Positions 9,326 through 14,458 of a stretch of 14,458 nt of DNA are shown here, piece by piece. The position numbers were made by a program, and so were the translations under genes. The stretch spans positions 1 to 14,458 of the forward strand of contig JBEKGO010000046.1 in NCBI GenBank assembly GCA_050012755.1, in the 5' to 3' direction. The number at the start of each line of letters is the position of its first letter. Position 1 is the stretch's first letter. The DNA is from Candidatus Bathyarchaeia archaeon. GTDB taxonomy: Archaea > Thermoproteota > Bathyarchaeia > Bathyarchaeales > Bathycorpusculaceae. Under the pieces are notes generated by a model, which saw nothing but the letters and a program-made list of their open reading frames with translations, was not told where the DNA came from and did no database searches.

Positions 9326-12300
9326 CTAGTGGATATTTAGGAATATTTTTTTGCCATCTAATTCGGATTCATGCCATTCGGCATCGTGTTCTTCACTGCT
9401 GCTGCTATGCAAATACACTTTTCTGGTTCTCACCAGTCCAGCCATCTCATCTAAATATGGCTCCAAAAGCGTCATGCTTTCTGCGTCTAACTCTGCAATA
9501 TGAACGGATTCTAAAACATCGGTGGGTGTGAAACCCATTTCCTTGCGGAGGGCTTGCACGCGGCGTGCTAAATCGCGCATAATGCCTTCGCCCAGCAATC
9601 TGTCGTCACGCTGCCCGCTTACGAATACAGTTATTTCATCTTCTTGACTGGAAACCCAGTTTTCGCCTCCAACATGGTCAGGAAAACTTGTGGCATATTC
9701 AACTGCTTTCACGTTTACTTGTTCTAAAAACAGTGTTTCAAGACATTTTATGGCATACACTGTCTTTTGTGGGGCAACTACGATTGCTTTGCCTAGAGGC
9801 CATCGGCGCTTCAATTTCCCTGTTTGTCTTGCTGCATACGCTATTGAAACTGTCTTAAGCAGAATTTCAAATTGTTCTTCAAGAAGTTTGTTGCGGATTT
9901 TCTTTTCGGGGGTTGGCCAAGAGGCAAGGTTGACTGATTCTGGAAGTTCAGGTTGAAGTTGTCTGTAAATTTTCTGGTAAAGTGCCTCGCTGAGGTAAGG
10001 TGTGACTGGGTTGAAGAGCAACGTCACCGTCTTTAATGTATGATGTAAAAGCGCATAGATTGTTTGGCGTCTTTCAAAGGTTTCAGGCTCATCAGTCCAA
10101 AGCTCCTTTCGAATCATAGGCACGTATAGCCTGCTTAATGTCTCAATTACGAAATCATCTAAAACGGCTACTGCAATGTTAAATTCGCATCGCTCCAGTT
10201 TTTGGGTGTAGTCTTCGATCATTCCTTGCAATTTAGAGAGAAGCCAGAAGTCAGCGGCTTGAAGCTTATTTGTCCTTAAAGCCCAATCCAAAGTGTACTT
10301 TTTAGCGTCAAACTCGTCAAAAGTGGCGTTTTGCATAAAAAACCTGCTCAAATGATAAAGTGTTGACAGTACTTGGTATGGGCGACGAGTGAGTTCTTGC
10401 ATATCAAAATTCATGAAGTCAATCGGCGAGCATTTGCGCATCATGTAGAAGCGACAGAGGTCGGCTGAATTTTTTTCCAGTAACTTGTTGGTTTCAACTA
10501 CGTTTCCGAGGCTTTTGCTCATTTTTCTGCCTTTTGCATCCTGTGTTAATCCTTGAAACAGAAATGCCTTGTAGGGTGCCTCTGGTTTGCCAGTTAAAAT
10601 AGCGTGTTCCAACAGCAGCGAGTTTGCCCAGCCTCTGGTTTGGTCGATTCCTTCAGTTAAGAAAGCTGTTGGAACAAACTTCTCAACTTCCTTGTCAGTA
10701 AATCGTGCATAGGGCGAGGCGCCGCTGTTATGCCAAGTATCCAAAACGAAATCTTCTCGATGCATGGATCCGTCGCATTTGTCGCATTTGAAAGTTATTC
10801 GGTCAACCCATGGCTTATGCAACTCAAAGTTTTCAGGAATTGTTTCCTGAGCATTTTCAAGAAGTTCTTTTTTGCTTCCGACTATGCGTTTGTTGCCGCA
10901 TTTTTCGCATGCCCAAATCGGGAGCGGTGTACCCCAGATGCGTTCTCTGCTTATGCACCATGGTTTCCCTTCTTTAAGAAAGGCAAGAAAACGGTTTTTT
11001 GGTTCTTCGAAGAAGTACTCAACTTTTTCGGCTGCGTCCAAAACTCTGCTGTTTAATTTGTCAGTGCGCAAGAAGTATTCTTTTCTTGCTAGCCAGACGA
11101 GTTTGTGGTGAGAACGCCAGCATGTTGGATATTCATGCTTGATTTTTGTTACTTTGACGAAGGCATTGTTGTTGCGCAGTTCCTCGACAACCAGCATATC
11201 TGCTTCTCGAGCAAAAACGCCGACAAATATTCCAGCGTCCTTAGTGAATTTAACTTCGTCATCGTAAGGAGCAAAGATGGGAACGCCTCTGCGTTGAGCT
11301 GCCCAAAAATCGTCTTCGCCATTTCCAGGCGAAAGATGTACCACACCAGTGGCAGTTTCAACATCAACAAAGTCTTCGCCGACGACCTTATGCACCAAAG
11401 GATGCTTGGTTTCAAGTTCAGCCTGTTTAGGAATCAAATCCTTTAACGGATAATCGTATGCTATTCCCTCGAGGGTTTTGCCCAGCACAGTTTCGGTAAC
11501 TTGATACTTGAATATGTCAAGTTCCTGCATAATAGGTTCGACTCGCTGTTTCATCATAATCCATATTTCATCGCCGACTTTCACTTTCACATATTCGGCG
11601 TCTGGCTTAACTGCGAGCATAGTGTCTGTTATTATGGTGAAAGGCATGGTTGTCCAAACGAGGAAAAACTCATTTTTGCTGCCTGAAACTTTTAATTTGA
11701 AATAGACTGAGGGGTCTTCGACCTCTTTGTAGCTGCCTTCATAGCCAACTTCAGCGCTGCTTAGACTGGTTTGACATCCTGGACAATAGGCGACAACGTA
11801 GTGCCCTTCTTCAAGCAGTCCTTGATCCCATGCCCGTTTTAGAATTTGCCATTCACGCTCAATATAACTGTCCTTGTAGGTCCAGTAAGCTTTTTCTTGA
11901 TTAATAAAAACGCCCAAGTTTCCGTCGGCTTCTAGCCACATTTGATGATACCGTAGGATGGCTTTTTTGCATTCTTCAATGAAGCGTTCCATTCCATATT
12001 TCTCGATGGATTCACGCTTGTTGCGTACGCCTAGAAGTTTCTCAACTTCCAACTCTACAGGTAAGCCTTGGCAGTCCCATCCTGCCCAAAATGGCATGTA
12101 GTAACCTTCCATGGTTTTCCATCGGTAACGAATATCTTTCATGATTCTGCCGCGGGCGTGACCGATGTGTGGGATGCCGTTTAATGTGGGTGGGCCTTCA
12201 ACGTAACCTAAGCAGCCTTTAGCGTTTTTTTCCAAAAGCTCAAGTTTTTCTCTAATCTGGTTTTTAACCCAGAATTCCCGCATTTCCTTCTCTAATGTAA

Positions 12301-12358
12301 GCGGTGCGTAATTAGTTGGTAAACCTATGTTTGAGCCAGCTTCTTCGGTGGCAGTCAT
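9326..12358 (-). CDS. ileS: Isoleucine--tRNA ligase (archaeal/eukaryote-like type 2)
   Basis: GPPTLNG.PHIGH, GWDCQGLPVE, WTTMP, TGVVH, WCISRER.WGTP, EGIDQTRGW and KMSKS motifs. Confidence 0.97.
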   Translation of the reverse strand: MTATEEAGSNIGLPTNYAPLTLEKEMREFWVKNQIREKLELLEKNAKGCLGYVEGPPTLNGIPHIGHARGRIMKDIRYRWKTMEGYYMPFWAGWDCQGLPVELEVEKLLGVRNKRESIEKYGMERFIEECKKAILRYHQMWLEADGNLGVFINQEKAYWTYKDSYIEREWQILKRAWDQGLLEEGHYVVAYCPGCQTSLSSAEVGYEGSYKEVEDPSVYFKLKVSGSKNEFFLVWTTMPFTIITDTMLAVKPDAEYVKVKVGDEIWIMMKQRVEPIMQELDIFKYQVTETVLGKTLEGIAYDYPLKDLIPKQAELETKHPLVHKVVGEDFVDVETATGVVHLSPGNGEDDFWAAQRRGVPIFAPYDDEVKFTKDAGIFVGVFAREADMLVVEELRNNNAFVKVTKIKHEYPTCWRSHHKLVWLARKEYFLRTDKLNSRVLDAAEKVEYFFEEPKNRFLAFLKEGKPWCISRERIWGTPLPIWACEKCGNKRIVGSKKELLENAQETIPENFELHKPWVDRITFKCDKCDGSMHREDFVLDTWHNSGASPYARFTDKEVEKFVPTAFLTEGIDQTRGWANSLLLEHAILTGKPEAPYKAFLFQGLTQDAKGRKMSKSLGNVVETNKLLEKNSADLCRFYMMRKCSPIDFMNFDMQELTRRPYQVLSTLYHLSRFFMQNATFDEFDAKKYTLDWALRTNKLQAADFWLLSKLQGMIEDYTQKLERCEFNIAVAVLDDFVIETLSRLYVPMIRKELWTDEPETFERRQTIYALLHHTLKTVTLLFNPVTPYLSEALYQKIYRQLQPELPESVNLASWPTPEKKIRNKLLEEQFEILLKTVSIAYAARQTGKLKRRWPLGKAIVVAPQKTVYAIKCLETLFLEQVNVKAVEYATSFPDHVGGENWVSSQEDEITVFVSGQRDDRLLGEGIMRDLARRVQALRKEMGFTPTDVLESVHIAELDAESMTLLEPYLDEMAGLVRTRKVYLHSSSSEEHDAEWHESELDGKKIFLNIH

Positions 12359-12391
12359 TTTTCATTCCCTTCCGCAAAATAGGATAAAAGA

Positions 12392-12402
12392 CTATATAAA
12401 AG
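12392..12402 (-). promoter_or_regulatory. TATA box of ileS
   Basis: Minus strand CTTTTATATAG ~35-40 bp before the ATG at 12358; purine-rich GGAAGGGAA at 12373-12365. Confidence 0.6.
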
Positions 12403-12458
12403 TAATATCAACCCAAACTTGACTTTGCAACAACAGAAAATTCATTTGTTTCTCTGCA

Positions 12459-12590
12459 GAACTAGTTATGGACGGTTTCTTGTGAGCTTTTTCTTTGTGT
12501 TTCAGGTTGCATTTTTAATTTGGGGCTCAAATCTATTGCAATCATAATCTTAAAACATCCCAAAACATCTAGAAACATCCCAAAAAATCG
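12459..12590 (-). repeat. Non-coding dispersed element, copy B: ~4 in-register 10-bp units plus conserved tail
   Basis: Minus-strand decamers 12584-12545: tttgggatgt ttctagatgt tttgggatgt tttaagatta. The tail 12540-12459 is homologous to 165-251. Confidence 0.8.
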
Positions 12591-12594
12591 CTCG

Positions 12595-12646
12595 ACAAGT
12601 TAAAGCAATAAAATATCGACTTAACTTATATCTGAAAACAAGTTAA
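12595..12646 (+). promoter_or_regulatory. GT4 promoter with repeated AAGTTAA sites
   Basis: TATA-like CTTATAT at ~12625-12631; TTAACTT (12621-12627) is inverted to AAGTTAA (12640-12646); ACAAGTTAA occurs at 12595 and 12638. Confidence 0.45.
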
Positions 12647-12679
12647 CATAAGGTATTCAAAACAGAAGAAGTGGAATTA

Positions 12680-13870
12680 ATGGACAAGTTTCGATTAGCA
12701 ATTTTCAACACTCAACCGCCTCACCTTTATTTCGGAGGAGTCGAAAGACGCATAATCGAAACAACAAAGAGATTACAAAACCGGGTGGACATAACCATCT
12801 ATAGCGGAACCAAAGCAGGTTTCAAAGAACCTACCACAGTTGACGGCGTGAAGTTGGTTCCGTGTTACTCGACAGATAGGATTTTTCCTTTAGATAACTG
12901 GTTTTTTAATAGAAGCATCGCCAAAAAAACCGGTTCCTTTAACGCTGATGTTTATGAGGCCCATGCAGTAAGCGGGTACGGACTACTAAGGGAGCTAAAT
13001 AAAAAAGGCATCAAAAAGCCGTTTATACATACGATTCATGGCGTTCTCGCTGACGAGTATGATCAGGCGAAGAAAAATGAGTATCAATCTTTCAGAGGCA
13101 GAATTGCGAATTATTTCATGGGCGGACTAGCCAATCTGGAATCGGAAACGTCTCAAAATGCCACATTGATTGTGACAATAAGCAACTATTCACTTGAGAA
13201 AATTAAGCAATTTTACAAAGTTGATGTGACCAAAGTGCGAATTGTTCCAAACGGGGTTGACGGTGAAAAATTCCAGCCCTTTGCGAATAAGGCGGCAGCT
13301 AGGCGGCAGTTTGGGTTGGGGGATGAGCCATGTGTGCTTTTTGTAGGCAGTTTGATTCCTAGAAAAGGGTTACATTTTCTGGTTGAAGCAGCCAAAAAAA
13401 TTGTTAAAGAAAAAAGTGATACAAAATTTTTAATTGTTGGGGAAGGGCCCATGAAGAATCAATTGGTTAATTCGCTTGAAGCGGCGAAGCTTGCGGGCAA
13501 TTTCAAGTTTTTGGGCAATCTCAAAGATGATAAGCTCCCAGCAGTGTATAATTGTGCAGACGTTTTCGCGTTGCCATCAATCCAAGAGGGGCAAGGTATA
13601 GTGTTGCTTGAAGCACAAGCCTGCGCTAAGCCGATTGTAGCGTTCAATATTGGGGGAGTGAATGAAGCAGTCAAAAACGAGGAAACGGCTTTGCTTGTTA
13701 AGTTGGGCAACACTGATGAGTTTGCCGATGCATTGTTGAAGCTTATCTCAGACAAGGCTTTGCAGGAAAAAATGGGTGCGTTTGGACGCAGGTTTGTTTT
13801 GGAAAACTTCACGTGGGATATTTGCGCTCAAAAAATGCTCAATGTTTATTATGAAGCGTTAGGAAGATGA
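12680..13870 (+). CDS. Glycosyltransferase family 4 (GT-B fold)
   Basis: GGVER, HTIHG, VPNGVD, FVGSL..RKG and LPS..EGQGIVLLEAQAC (EX7E) motifs. Start is ATG 12680 or GTG 12671. Confidence 0.93.
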   Translation: MDKFRLAIFNTQPPHLYFGGVERRIIETTKRLQNRVDITIYSGTKAGFKEPTTVDGVKLVPCYSTDRIFPLDNWFFNRSIAKKTGSFNADVYEAHAVSGYGLLRELNKKGIKKPFIHTIHGVLADEYDQAKKNEYQSFRGRIANYFMGGLANLESETSQNATLIVTISNYSLEKIKQFYKVDVTKVRIVPNGVDGEKFQPFANKAAARRQFGLGDEPCVLFVGSLIPRKGLHFLVEAAKKIVKEKSDTKFLIVGEGPMKNQLVNSLEAAKLAGNFKFLGNLKDDKLPAVYNCADVFALPSIQEGQGIVLLEAQACAKPIVAFNIGGVNEAVKNEETALLVKLGNTDEFADALLKLISDKALQEKMGAFGRRFVLENFTWDICAQKMLNVYYEALGR

Positions 13871-14386
13871 GACGTTAACTGATTTCGCCAGTTTTTTGAA
13901 GTCGTCCTCGCTCATCCACTCAGTCCGAAGGTAGCATCTGATTCTTTCATCATTAAGACCTAAACGCCTTGCTTCTTGAATACAATAACGGTAAGCTTCA
14001 ATCTCGGTCGGTCGCTCCACATAGCTATATCTTGGGTCAAAGAGTTCTTTTCCCTCCATAAACTGCTTAACATGGCAAAGCTCATGAATTAGGTCTAAGT
14101 AAATGTCTGTTTTGTCACCATTGTTGAGATAGTTCTTGCTTATTACAAGGTGCCCGTCAGATCCATCCACGTACATGTAGCCGAAAACCCAGCTAAGCTC
14201 AACTGTAAGATGATGGAGGACTTCATCTGTTTTTTCGCCGAAAATGCCTTTTACCGCTTCAACTTTTTCGAAATCCTTGAAGAAATCTGCAAAAATCACT
14301 TTTTGATTTCCAACCCCCAGTACATTGAACGGTAATTTTCTGAGCAAACGCAGTATCCTAAATCCTATATATTCTATTGCTGACAA
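13859..14386 (-). CDS. Hypothetical protein with HEXXH zinc-metallopeptidase-like motif
   Basis: LIHELCHVKQ followed by PTEIEAY. Start codon uncertain; 12-bp convergent overlap with the GT4 gene. Confidence 0.7.
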   Translation of the reverse strand: MSAIEYIGFRILRLLRKLPFNVLGVGNQKVIFADFFKDFEKVEAVKGIFGEKTDEVLHHLTVELSWVFGYMYVDGSDGHLVISKNYLNNGDKTDIYLDLIHELCHVKQFMEGKELFDPRYSYVERPTEIEAYRYCIQEARRLGLNDERIRCYLRTEWMSEDDFKKLAKSVNVSSS

Positions 14387-14458
14387 TGCGGGTGAGCGCT
14401 CCTGCTACTAAAGTGTGAAAGATATTCAAGTTTCATTCCTCGATGCGCCAAATCTGGA

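Noticed and set aside
12464-12514. Short upstream ORF MQPETQRKSSQETVHN (approximate coordinates) as an ileS leader peptide or T-box
   Set aside because: It has no Ile codons, lies upstream of the ileS TATA box, and shows no T-box consensus.

Overview
Archaeal chromosomal segment, judged from BRE/TATA promoters, GAGGTG-type RBSs, an archaeal-type IleRS and a Sulfolobus-type two-subunit OFOR; Bathyarchaeia/TACK is a guess. Gene order: PPOX-family oxidoreductase (+), truncated SAM methyltransferase (-), tandem two-domain bacterioferritin-like protein (+), an uncalled 45-aa 9-Cys microprotein ending GGG (+), 2-oxoacid:ferredoxin oxidoreductase alpha/beta (+), truncated cupin (-), nrdR-nrdD-nrdG (+), ileS (-), GT4 glycosyltransferase (+) and an HEXXH hypothetical protein (-). 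Main highlights: (1) two inverted copies (71-251 + and 12584-12459 -) of a non-coding element I do not recognise, each a 10-bp-period repeat array plus a conserved ~85-bp tail; (2) the microprotein between the double bacterioferritin and an OFOR whose beta subunit has Asn at one of the four Fe-S ligand positions; (3) two NrdR boxes 32 bp apart directly behind an archaeal TATA box. All alignments were made by hand and no database searches were run.
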